DNA of 32,000 nt from Acaryochloris marina S15. Lineage in GTDB: Bacteria > Cyanobacteriota > Cyanobacteriia > Thermosynechococcales > Thermosynechococcaceae. The position numbers and the translations under genes were made by a program. The notes beneath the pieces are model-generated. The model saw only the letters and a program-made list of their open reading frames with translations. It ran no database searches and was not told where the DNA came from. Numbering within the stretch: the first letter of the stretch is position 1; each line of letters begins with the position of its first letter. The stretch is taken from contig NZ_CP064923.1 of the NCBI RefSeq assembly GCF_018336915.1, forward strand, positions 1,410,001-1,442,000, written 5' to 3'. Positions 8,562 to 17,564 of the stretch are shown here, one piece after another.

Positions 8562-10047
8562 GGGCGTAAGCAAAGGATCGGGGATGCATGGCTCAAAGAA
8601 AAACGGGTCAAGGACAATAGATCCTGTACCCGAACCAAAAAACTATCATGACCCTACCATCGCAATTGCTAACCGTGCTAGCCCATGACGAATTTCTAGA
8701 ACAAACTGAAGCACTCAAAGTATCAACCAGCCTGAGTCAGATGGTTTATATCGTTCTGCAAATGGGCTTGTTTCTAGCTCGCTGTCTTCTGGAGGATGAA
8801 CTCTCAAGGCGCGCGAAAGCAGTATTTGTATGGCCTGTATGTACTACCTGCGGAACCCGCTTACATTCGAAGGGATGGGAATCTCGTCAGATGCAGACAC
8901 TGGTAGGCACTATCTCTTGAAAGCGACGGGTGGGCCGTTGTCCCAAAGGATGTCCAGGCAGTCTGTTGACTCCCCTGGATCAAGCCATTGGGATTGCCCC
9001 CTATCAGCACAGCAGCGAAGAACTGGTGCGTCTGGGCTGCTTGTTGAGTCTGTTCATGCCCTATGAACTGGCCAGTTGGATGCTGGGTCAGTGGAGTGGT
9101 CTATCCGTGAGTCCATCCAGTTTGTGGAACTGGGTGCAATCCGTGGGTAACAAAGCTCAGCAGGAATTAGAAGCTCAACTCAACGCTCAATCATCAGGGA
9201 CTCAGGCCCCTTGTGAAGCGATTTCAGAGATGTTATCTGCTCTACCTTTGGCCATTGCCGCCGATGGTGTGATGGTCCCCTTTCGCCCCACCCCGAACTC
9301 ACCCAAGGGAAAAATCCAGTGGCGAGAAGTCAAAGTCGCCATCTTAGCTCGCCTGGGAACACGGGTTACCCGAGCTAAAAAGGAGGTCCCCCAATTACTG
9401 CGTCGAAGACTGGTGGCAGTATTGGGCGATATCGACCAGTTCATCCCTTTACTTCAACTCGAAGCTCACAAACAAGACTTTGAATCTGCTCCAAAAGTCA
9501 TCTGGCTCAGTGATGGGGGACGAGGCTTCTGGCGAGTCTATCGCACCTTGTTCTCTCATTGTGCTGTGGCAGTCCTCGACTTTTTTCATTCAGCAGGCCA
9601 TCTGGCACGAGCAACTAAAGCGATGTTTGGAGATGCCCGCTCTGCTCAAGCCCAAGCCTGGTTCCGGCACTGGCGACACCAATTGCGACACGGGCAACAC
9701 CTACTTGTATTACGGTCCTTGACGATATTGATTCACTCACAACTGTTAACGGGAAAGTCTTTTTCAACGTTGCTCCAGGTGCAGGCTTATTTCCAACGCC
9801 ATCATAACCACATCCGTTATCGGCACTTTGAACAGCAACAGATTCCTCTCGGGTCAGGAATGGTTGAAAGTGCATGCAAGTGGTTGATTCAGCAGCGCTT
9901 TAAGGGAGTTGGCATGCGCTGGAGTGAGGATGGTTTCAACCATTTACTGATCTTGAGAATTGCCTGGGTCAATGAACGGTTTGACTCCTTATTCCCAGAG
10001 GTGACCATTCCGAAAACTAAGGCATCCCCGATCCGCTAAATACGCCC
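8562..10047 (+). mobile_element. ISKra4-family-like insertion sequence (1486 bp)
   Basis: Terminal inverted repeats are GGGCGTAAGCAAAGGATCGGGGATGC (8562-8587) and the reverse complement of 10022-10047 (GGGCGTATTTAGCGGATCGGGGATGC), matching 21/26. The element is flanked by a 9-bp direct repeat and carries a single transposase reading frame. Confidence 0.8.
8648..10039 (+). pseudogene. ISKra4-like transposase interrupted by one in-frame TGA (8918-8920)
   Basis: The 90-aa and 369-aa track ORFs are in the same frame. Read through, the sequence is ...CTTCGTRLHSKGWESRQMQTLVGTIS*KRRVGRCPKGCPGS..., a continuous Cys-rich N-terminal module. TGG to TGA (Trp to stop) is the simplest explanation. Confidence 0.75.
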
Positions 10048-10056
10048 TCATCCATC
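10048..10056. repeat. 9-bp target-site duplication (TCATCCATC), right copy
   Basis: See left copy at 8553-8561. Confidence 0.8.
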
Positions 10057-10874
10057 CTGTTTCATTGGGCAAGTAATAATTATCATTCTGTATAAAAAAT
10101 AGGGACTCACCGACTAGTGAAAATATTATTATTAATAAATCAATGTTGTCCTACGCCTATTTTGCCCACTTAACAGAGGTAAATGTAACAATCATTTTAT
10201 GCTTTGCTGACGAAATAAATTTATTTTTTCAGGCAGCTAAAAACCTAAAGTCATTAGCCACTTTGGTTCCTGGATAAAGGTATAAGAACCAAAGCTCACA
10301 CAAGTAGAATAAGTTTTCATAAAAATGATTTTTATCATACAAAAGTTATACAAAAATGCATTAAAAATATTCATCTATATTTAGAAGATTATCGATATGT
10401 CTTACTGGGGGCATGTTACCCAAGTGTTGGCTCATCGGTGTGCTTATCTGAATGGCCTAATGGGCTTGCAAAGATGCCATGCTTCCCTCTTGTGGTGGCT
10501 CTTAGATGTCTGGGTTAGTACGAACATTAGCAGATAATTCTTGTGCCTTGTCCAGTTCATTCCGGAAAAATTCTACTGAATTGTCACTTGTCTTGACACT
10601 TGTAAGTTGCGTCAATAGAAGTTTGAATTTATTCTGGAAAAATGAAAGTGTCAGCATAACGACTGATGGCTATACCATTTCTTTTATGAACTCAAGGATT
10701 AGCTTTACGATATCTATTGCGATGGCAAGCTTTAACTGATTGTTCATTGCTAAATCAATAGTAGTGGCCGAGAGTAAGAAAGACGCTAGGATTAAAAACT
10801 TTTGTCAGAAAATAAGATCGAATATACTGCAAGACCTCTGATAATAAGCGGGTATTCTAAGTAAAAAAGTATTC

Positions 10875-11837
10875 ATGACAGTGTCGTCCTTGCCGATGTC
10901 CGGGGTTTCCGGCCAAGAAATCTATCGCCGCTTAGCCAAAAATATCCAAACCGTTGTCAAAGGACAGAAGCCTGCCATTCGCAAATTATTGGCAGCCTTT
11001 GTTAGTGGTGGGCATGTGCTTTTAGAGGACTATCCCGGCACGGGTAAAACGACCTTGGCCAAAGCCTTGGCCCTATCCGTTGATATTGAATTCAAACGAA
11101 TTCAATTTACCCCTGATCTACTGCCCTCAGACATTTTGGGTGTATCGATTCTCAATCCCAAAGACCAAACCTTTGAATTCCACCAGGGCCCCATTTTTGC
11201 CAATTTGATTTTGGCGGATGAGATTAATCGGGCCTCTCCTCGCACCCAGTCGGCCTTACTAGAAGCGATGGCCGAGTCCCAGGTCAGCATTGATGGCCAG
11301 CAGATGAAACTGCATGATCCATTCTTTGTGATTGCCACTCAAAACCCCATCGATTCTCAAGGCACCTACCCTTTACCTGAAGCTCAGATGGATCGTTTCT
11401 CCATCCAGTTTGGACTCGGGTACATCTCCGCTGAAGAAGAGGTAGAGATTTTATCCAATCAGATGCAGGCCCACCCGATTGAACAGTTGCGTCCCTGCCT
11501 ATCTCTAGAAGATGTTTTTACCCTCAAACAAGCGGTGAAGCAGATTACCGTTAGTGAGGACCTCAAGCAATACGTTGTCAATATCGTCAATGCCACCCGT
11601 CAAGCAGAGGAAGTCCAACTTGGGGCCAGCCCCCGAGGGTCCATTGCCTTGATGAAGATTGCTCAAGCCTTGGCCCTGTTTGATGGCACCCCTGCTGTCC
11701 GCCCCAAACATATTCAAGAAGCCGCAGTTTCAGTCCTAGCCCACCGCCTAGTGATGGATCCGCAAGCAAAATTCGCGGGAAAAACATCGGAGCAGGTGGT
11801 GATGGATATTATGAGACGGCTTCCCGTTCCGGCATAA
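10875..11837 (+). CDS. MoxR-family AAA+ ATPase, copy 1
   Basis: 320-aa ORF with Walker A (YPGTGKTTLAK), Walker B (LILADEINRASP), the FVIATQNP...PLPEAQMDRF sensor region and a C-terminal lid (LGASPRGS). All are hallmarks of MoxR. Confidence 0.9.
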   Translation: MTVSSLPMSGVSGQEIYRRLAKNIQTVVKGQKPAIRKLLAAFVSGGHVLLEDYPGTGKTTLAKALALSVDIEFKRIQFTPDLLPSDILGVSILNPKDQTFEFHQGPIFANLILADEINRASPRTQSALLEAMAESQVSIDGQQMKLHDPFFVIATQNPIDSQGTYPLPEAQMDRFSIQFGLGYISAEEEVEILSNQMQAHPIEQLRPCLSLEDVFTLKQAVKQITVSEDLKQYVVNIVNATRQAEEVQLGASPRGSIALMKIAQALALFDGTPAVRPKHIQEAAVSVLAHRLVMDPQAKFAGKTSEQVVMDIMRRLPVPA

Positions 11838-11840
11838 CTC

Positions 11841-12803
11841 ATGGTGGTCTTAGCAACTCAAACCCATTGCTCGGAAGGGCAAACCATTTATCGTCACTTG
11901 GCTGACAATATCCAGCAGGTGATTAAGGGGCAGAATGCGGCCATTCGCAAATTACTGGCGGCCTTTTTTAGTGGTGGCCATGTGCTGTTGGAAGACTATC
12001 CCGGCACGGGTAAAACCACCCTCGCCAAGACCCTGGCCTATTCTGTCGATATTGCTTTTAAGCGAATTCAGTTTACCCCTGATTTGCTGCCCTCAGATAT
12101 TTTGGGAGTGTCCATTCTCAATCCCGAGGACCAGACCTTCCATTTTCATGAAGGTCCGATTTTTGCCAATCTGATTCTGGCAGATGAAATTAACCGGGCC
12201 TCTCCTCGCACTCAATCAGCTCTCCTAGAAGCGATGGCTGAGTCCCAAGTGACGATGGATGGCCAGCAGCGAAAGTTGCGTGATCCCTTTTTTGTGATTG
12301 CCACCCAAAATCCGGTGGACTTCCAGGGCACTTACCCTTTGCCGGAAGCCCAAATGGATCGATTTGCCTTGCAATTTAGCTTAGGATTTGTGTCCCCTGC
12401 TGATGAAATTAAAATCCTGACCCAGCAGCTAGAAGAACATCCCCTCCAGCAGGTTCAACCTTGCATCTCCTTAGAAGAGATCTTTACTCTCAAGCAGGCG
12501 GTGAAACAGGTGCGGGTCAGTCGGGAACTCAAACGCTATATCGTCGATATCGTCGCTGCTACTCGGCAGGTACCGGAGGTCCAACTGGGGGCGAGTCCTC
12601 GCGGATCACTCACCTTAATGAAAGTGGCCCAAGCCTTAGCCCTGTTCGATGGCTATGAGTATGTCACTCCCGATCATATTCAGGAAGTTGCCGTAGATGT
12701 GTTGGCCCATCGGCTGGTGATGTCTCCCCAAGCTTGCTTTGCCGAACAAACCGCCCAGGATTGCATTGACCGTATTCTGACTAGTATTCCGGCGCCTGCC
12801 TAA
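11841..12803 (+). CDS. MoxR-family AAA+ ATPase, copy 2 (tandem paralogue)
   Basis: 320-aa ORF, collinear with copy 1 without gaps. I count 88 mismatches in 320 positions by hand (~72% identity). The same Walker A/B and sensor motifs are intact. It starts 3 nt after the stop of copy 1. Confidence 0.9.
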   Translation: MVVLATQTHCSEGQTIYRHLADNIQQVIKGQNAAIRKLLAAFFSGGHVLLEDYPGTGKTTLAKTLAYSVDIAFKRIQFTPDLLPSDILGVSILNPEDQTFHFHEGPIFANLILADEINRASPRTQSALLEAMAESQVTMDGQQRKLRDPFFVIATQNPVDFQGTYPLPEAQMDRFALQFSLGFVSPADEIKILTQQLEEHPLQQVQPCISLEEIFTLKQAVKQVRVSRELKRYIVDIVAATRQVPEVQLGASPRGSLTLMKVAQALALFDGYEYVTPDHIQEVAVDVLAHRLVMSPQACFAEQTAQDCIDRILTSIPAPA

Positions 12804-12806
12804 GTT

Positions 12807-14138
12807 ATGGATGTATTGACGTATCGCTGTCTCCGTTTCATCTATGTCACCCGTAAATGGCTGGTGCAGCAGTTTACGCCTGCAGGATTAGGGGTATTGG
12901 GGGGCGGTATTGGGAGTGCGATCGCAAGTCTCGGTTCCACCCGCAGCATGTGTCACATTCTTTTCTTCTTTGCCTTTGCTTTGCTGATCTTGGCTACCAT
13001 TGGCAGTCGGTTGATTCAGTTTCGGTTTAAGGCCACCCGCCTGCTGCCCCGCTTTGGCACCGTTGGTGAACCCTTTCCTTACCAAGTGGTGATTCAGAAT
13101 CTCTCTCCCCAGCCCCAAAAGGGATTAAAGCTGGTCGAGACTTTTGCCGCCCCCTTTCCCAGCTTCCGCGAATTCATTCAGATTAAGCGCCGCTATCCCG
13201 TTGGCAACCAATGGCGGCCCCATTGGCGGCGCTACCTAGTCGAGCAGCAGTGGGCTAAGGCTCATCTGCAGGATCTGCCACCCCTCTCCACCAAAGGTAA
13301 AACCAAAGCTATGGTGGAAATCCTTCCCTTGCGACGGGGCAGTTTGCATCTCGAAACCATTACTCTCGCTTGTCCTGATCCCCTGGGCTTAATTTATAAA
13401 CACCACACCTACGACGTCGGCCAATCCTTGTGTATTTTGCCTCAACGCTATCAGCTCTTGCCGCTAAACCTCTCCCAAGCTAGTCAATACCAGTCTGGTG
13501 AAACCCTCCGCACCTCCGCAGTAGGAGAGGCCCTAGAATTCCGCTCCCTACGAGACTATCGAGCGGGAGACCCCACCAATAAGATTCACTGGAAAAGCTG
13601 GGCTAAAGTCGGTCGTCCCATTGTCAAAGAGCAACAGGACGAGACCGCCATCCACCATGCCTTGATTCTAGATACCTTCCAGCTAGAACCCCACAGCCCC
13701 CTCTTTGAAGAAGCTATTGCTGTGGCCATCTCTTTTCTAATGCAAGAACAGCCTGAAGCCTCTCTACTGGATGTGATCTATGCAGCAGCCGATCCTCGTT
13801 TAGTTACCGTGGGCAAGGGACTGCGCCAACGGGCACAAATCATCGAAACCGTTGCTACTCTCAACCCCAACCCCCATCGAGAACTGGAGTGCCTCAATCC
13901 GATCCTTCAATCTCGCTTGTCCCGACTCAGCGGCTGCTTCTGTATTTTGCTGGGCTTTGATGACACTCGCTATGCATTTCTGAAAATGCTCAGCCAGTAT
14001 GGCATTCCCATCAAGGCTATTTGTCTGTCAGACCTTAGCCTGCATATGGATCCCCAGTTTCAAGAATATTTTGGCCCCCAGTGTCAGCTGCACTCCGGGA
14101 CCATATCCAATCTACAACAGGAGTTATTGGCCCTATGA
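12807..14138 (+). CDS. DUF58-domain membrane protein (MoxR-associated, VWA-like)
   Basis: 443-aa ORF with two N-terminal TM helices and the DUF58 core motif FRSLRDYRAGDPTNKIHWKSWAKVGRPIVKE. It starts 3 nt after the MoxR-2 stop. Confidence 0.85.
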   Translation: MDVLTYRCLRFIYVTRKWLVQQFTPAGLGVLGGGIGSAIASLGSTRSMCHILFFFAFALLILATIGSRLIQFRFKATRLLPRFGTVGEPFPYQVVIQNLSPQPQKGLKLVETFAAPFPSFREFIQIKRRYPVGNQWRPHWRRYLVEQQWAKAHLQDLPPLSTKGKTKAMVEILPLRRGSLHLETITLACPDPLGLIYKHHTYDVGQSLCILPQRYQLLPLNLSQASQYQSGETLRTSAVGEALEFRSLRDYRAGDPTNKIHWKSWAKVGRPIVKEQQDETAIHHALILDTFQLEPHSPLFEEAIAVAISFLMQEQPEASLLDVIYAAADPRLVTVGKGLRQRAQIIETVATLNPNPHRELECLNPILQSRLSRLSGCFCILLGFDDTRYAFLKMLSQYGIPIKAICLSDLSLHMDPQFQEYFGPQCQLHSGTISNLQQELLAL

Positions 14139-16828
14139 AGCAATCAGCGCCAACTCTCTGTAGCCTATCCCTCTGCTTTTGGGGCTATCAAACCGGAGCA
14201 TGGATCGTCGCGATTCCCATGGCCTTAGCCCTGGAAGCTAGGGAAATGGTTAAACAGCGCTGGCCCCTCACCCTAGACCGACTCAAGCAACTTCATGTTG
14301 TAGCCCTATTTTTATGGTTGCTAGCTGTATTTTTTCTCCCCCCGAATTCTCCCGAGGCCATCCCCTACGCAGCCAGATATCATTTGATCAAATGTTTGCC
14401 CATCGGACTATTTCCCTTCGTCCTGGCTCAGACTTACTGTAGAAATTTCGTCTCAGTCTATCGCCAATATCTAGGCAATATCGCCCAGTCTTGGAAAACA
14501 GTTAATTGGTATTACCCCTACTTTGGCATTTGTCTACTCGCCGCCAGTGCCACCGGCGGCAACCTGTTCGTCTTCCTGGCTATCAGCGCAGTACTCATTG
14601 CGCTTTTCTTAGGAACAGTACGCTGTCCCGTTAACCGCAAACTCTCCCTACGATTTTCCCAGTCCACTTTTTACGGTCTGATTGTTCTGGCATTGGTCCT
14701 TAGCCTGATCAGCACTCATCAGGTCTATTGGCTCCAGGCCAATGTTCGGCTCCCCGGCCCCGCTGTTTTCGGCGACTTTATTCAGAAAATGGCTCGAATT
14801 TGGCCCGACGATCCAGGTCGAGGTTACCAAGGGGATCTGGATCGGTTACTGGAGGATATGGAGCTAGAAACTGACACAATTGTTAGGTCCAAAAACGGCA
14901 ATCAAAATTCCAATACGCCTGGCAGTACTGACTCGCCCAGCCATTCCAGCGGCACCCCTTCAAGCACCCCAACATCGGGAACGCCAAGCAACTCTGGCAA
15001 CAACAATAGCAACCCCTCCACCCCCGATGGTGCTACTCCAGAAGATTCTACTGAAGACTCATCCGCCACACCTGAGCAAGAACCAGATTCAGACATCAGT
15101 CAGCCCAACGAGGAAACCAGTTCCCCAGACATTTCCGATCCCAGTCCTGCACAGAACCCTGGAACCTCTCAACCCCCAGATAATTCAGCGCCAACCAGTG
15201 GACCAGGCCGTAAAAATCCAGGACAGACGAAAGCTCCTAGTCAGCAGCCCCAGCCCGGTCAAAATGATGGGCAATCCCTCCCTAGTCTTGTGCAACGATC
15301 AGGCGGCATCGTTGACCCTGAAAAAGCCCAAACTCAAATCGGTAATATTGGGTCTCTGCAACGTTCCAATGCCATTCTGTTTCGGGTTGCTCTTAACCAA
15401 AAAGCCAATAGCCCCAAACCCCAATTTCCGCTCTATATTCGAGAAGCTACCTACAACCAATACCAGTCAGGTAGCTGGAATGCTGTCTGGTCCAAATTTA
15501 CGGCCAAACGTCCACGGTCCAAACGCCAGAGCTGGCGCTTTGGTGCAACAACGAACCGAACGACTTCAGTCCGCATTTCATCTGAGTTACTCCAGAAGGA
15601 AGGAATCTTAAAACTGCCCCTGGGTACTTCTGAAGTCAACCAGCTTAAGGTTAGAACCCTGAAAGAAAACCAGTACGGTACGGTTGGTATCCAGGGAAAA
15701 CCCGGTCCTCTCGCCTATACAGTGCAGTTTGATCCTAGACAATCTCTAGACAGTCCACCCACCGTCTTTGATAAAGCTGTCCCTACCGCTGAAAAGCCTA
15801 CCCTCAAAAAAGTTCTTAATTCCTTGGATCTAGATGGTAAATCTGATGCAGATAAGGTTGAGGCCGTTTCAGCTTTCTACAAAACCCAGGGGTTTCAATA
15901 TTCCCTCGATCTGCCAAAACCCAAGAAAAACAAAACGCCGATGGCAGCTTTCTTGCTAGACCATCGGTCGGGCCATTGTGAGTACTATGCCTCGGCTACC
16001 TCACTATTGCTCAGATCGGCAGGCATCCCTACTCGCTATGCGGTTGGCTATACCGCCCATGAATACAGCCCCACGGAACAACAATATATTGTCCGCCTCA
16101 AAGATGCCCATGCCTGGGTCTTAGCCTATGTAGACAATACCTGGGTCAAAGTCGAAACCACCCCAGGTGGTGGAATGACCCCAGAGCAAAATACGGGGAC
16201 GGCCCAAAGTGGCAACGCCCAAGAGGGTTTCACATCACGGGATGGAAACTCAGCCCAGGACGGCACCTCATCTGAAGATAGCTCCTCAATGGGGGAAAAT
16301 AACAAGCCACCCTCTAAATCTTTTTTCGAAAAACTATCTGAAGCTTGGTCTGAATTAATGACCCTGCTCTCTAAAAATTCGGAGACCCTGATTTGGGCCG
16401 GTTCAATGATTGTGCTGGGACTGGCGATTATTTTTGGATCTATCTATTTAATCTGGAGGATGATCCATAAAAAACGTTCACAGCAGTCAAAAAGACGGAG
16501 GTATCAGGGAGCAGAACGCCCCCGAAAACCGACCACTGGCGGGCTAGACTCTGAGTTTTACCAAATTGAGAAACGTCTGGGAGATTGGGGGCTTGCACGT
16601 CTGCCCTCGGAAACTGTCCGCAAATGGTTGGGGCGATTGGATCAGGAACTGCCCGATGCATATATGAGTGAACTGCATCAAATAATCGATTTGCACTATC
16701 GCTACCGTTTTGACCCCCAAGGTCTCACTGAGGAGGACAGAGAAAAGTTGAAACTCATGATCCAATCTTGGCTCAGTGAATTTAAACAACTCTCTGTGCA
16801 AAGACCTCGCTCAGCCATAAATCACTGA
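14135..16828 (+). CDS. transglutaminase-like (TgpA-type) polytopic membrane protein with a C-terminal DUF4129-like domain
   Basis: I prefer the ATG at 14135 (MKQSAP..., ATGA overlap with the DUF58 stop) to the track's GTG at 14081. The protein has an N-terminal multi-TM block, a ~130-aa Pro/Ser/Thr/Asn-rich linker and a transglutaminase core (SGHCEYYASATSLLLRSAGIPTRYAVGY...DAHAWVLAYVDNTWVKVETTP). A second low-complexity stretch, a TM helix and a cytoplasmic tail follow. Confidence 0.85.
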   Translation: MKQSAPTLCSLSLCFWGYQTGAWIVAIPMALALEAREMVKQRWPLTLDRLKQLHVVALFLWLLAVFFLPPNSPEAIPYAARYHLIKCLPIGLFPFVLAQTYCRNFVSVYRQYLGNIAQSWKTVNWYYPYFGICLLAASATGGNLFVFLAISAVLIALFLGTVRCPVNRKLSLRFSQSTFYGLIVLALVLSLISTHQVYWLQANVRLPGPAVFGDFIQKMARIWPDDPGRGYQGDLDRLLEDMELETDTIVRSKNGNQNSNTPGSTDSPSHSSGTPSSTPTSGTPSNSGNNNSNPSTPDGATPEDSTEDSSATPEQEPDSDISQPNEETSSPDISDPSPAQNPGTSQPPDNSAPTSGPGRKNPGQTKAPSQQPQPGQNDGQSLPSLVQRSGGIVDPEKAQTQIGNIGSLQRSNAILFRVALNQKANSPKPQFPLYIREATYNQYQSGSWNAVWSKFTAKRPRSKRQSWRFGATTNRTTSVRISSELLQKEGILKLPLGTSEVNQLKVRTLKENQYGTVGIQGKPGPLAYTVQFDPRQSLDSPPTVFDKAVPTAEKPTLKKVLNSLDLDGKSDADKVEAVSAFYKTQGFQYSLDLPKPKKNKTPMAAFLLDHRSGHCEYYASATSLLLRSAGIPTRYAVGYTAHEYSPTEQQYIVRLKDAHAWVLAYVDNTWVKVETTPGGGMTPEQNTGTAQSGNAQEGFTSRDGNSAQDGTSSEDSSSMGENNKPPSKSFFEKLSEAWSELMTLLSKNSETLIWAGSMIVLGLAIIFGSIYLIWRMIHKKRSQQSKRRRYQGAERPRKPTTGGLDSEFYQIEKRLGDWGLARLPSETVRKWLGRLDQELPDAYMSELHQIIDLHYRYRFDPQGLTEEDREKLKLMIQSWLSEFKQLSVQRPRSAINH

Positions 16829-16895
16829 GGTATAGACTATCCATTAGAGGATCATTCTTTCTCATTGACAGCATGTTTTGAAACCAGTGAATTCA

Positions 16896-17402
16896 ATGGA
16901 CACGATTACAGTTCGGCAGTCAGCCAAGCTATATATTCACTGGCCTGAAGGAGGTGGATTCCAACAAATTGAGATGCTGATTAACGGTGTCCCGCTTATT
17001 GAACTTGTCCGAGAAGTGGAATTACCTTATGCAGAGGAAGAATTCGATCAACGAACTGCCGATGGTGAAGGTATAGACGATTTAGGTTCGCGAGGAGCAC
17101 TGGCTGGTGACTATCACTACTTACCTCCATCCATAGCACTACCCCCTTCACAAAATTTTTTTGGCGAACCATACAATCACGGACTTTTGACAGAATCTGA
17201 TGACCCAGTCAACCTAAAGTCTGTGATTTTGTCATGCACCTGTGGTGTCACTGAATGTTGGTTTCTTATGGCTAACATCACATTGAAGGAAAAATTGGTG
17301 GTATGGGACAATTTTCAGCAATTTCACCGCGATTGGGCCTATACGCTAGGACCGCTTGTGTTTGATCGAGAGCAGTATACAGCCGCATTTAATGCTGCAT
17401 AG
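16896..17402 (+). CDS. hypothetical protein (168 aa from the ATG; the track ORF begins at a TTG at 16878)
   Basis: Open frame with protein-like composition, an acidic central stretch and a Cys cluster (SCTCGVTECWF). I recognise no family. Confidence 0.5.
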   Translation: MDTITVRQSAKLYIHWPEGGGFQQIEMLINGVPLIELVREVELPYAEEEFDQRTADGEGIDDLGSRGALAGDYHYLPPSIALPPSQNFFGEPYNHGLLTESDDPVNLKSVILSCTCGVTECWFLMANITLKEKLVVWDNFQQFHRDWAYTLGPLVFDREQYTAAFNAA

Positions 17403-17431
17403 CCAATTACCGCTACAAAATAGCGATATAA

Positions 17432-17560
17432 GCCGAAATTGAGCGTAATGAATATCGTTTTTGTAGATTAGGGATGTACAACATCCACAGCAACTTATAA
17501 TTTTGAGTTTTGCAGGCAGATAGCGGATCCGTTGATGTTGAGATTGTTGATTATCACTAA
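17432..17560 (+). pseudogene. higB: decayed 3' stub of a higB (RelE/ParE-superfamily) toxin gene
   Basis: The frame ending at TAA 17558-17560, 4 nt before the higA ATG, reads ...IHSNL*F*VLQADSGSVDVEIVDYH*. The ...V(D/E)xxDYH* ending is the typical HigB C-terminus. A neighbouring frame reads ...YNFEF.... The stub has stops and at least one frameshift, and only ~158 nt are available upstream where ~280 nt would be needed. Confidence 0.45.
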
Positions 17561-17564
17561 CATT

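Noticed and set aside
14081-14134. The track's GTG start (14081) for the transglutaminase gene, overlapping the DUF58 gene by 58 nt
   Set aside because: The ATG at 14135 forms an ATGA stop/start overlap, matching the tight coupling seen at the other operon junctions. The 18 extra N-terminal residues add nothing recognisable.
14880-15611. 243-aa plus-strand ORF in an alternative frame inside the transglutaminase gene, plus the small antisense ORFs 14648-14830, 14902-15096 and 15451-15639
   Set aside because: These overlap the low-complexity Pro/Ser/Thr linker, whose biased composition keeps other frames open by chance. The products are low-complexity, and the main frame is supported by flanking TM and transglutaminase domains.
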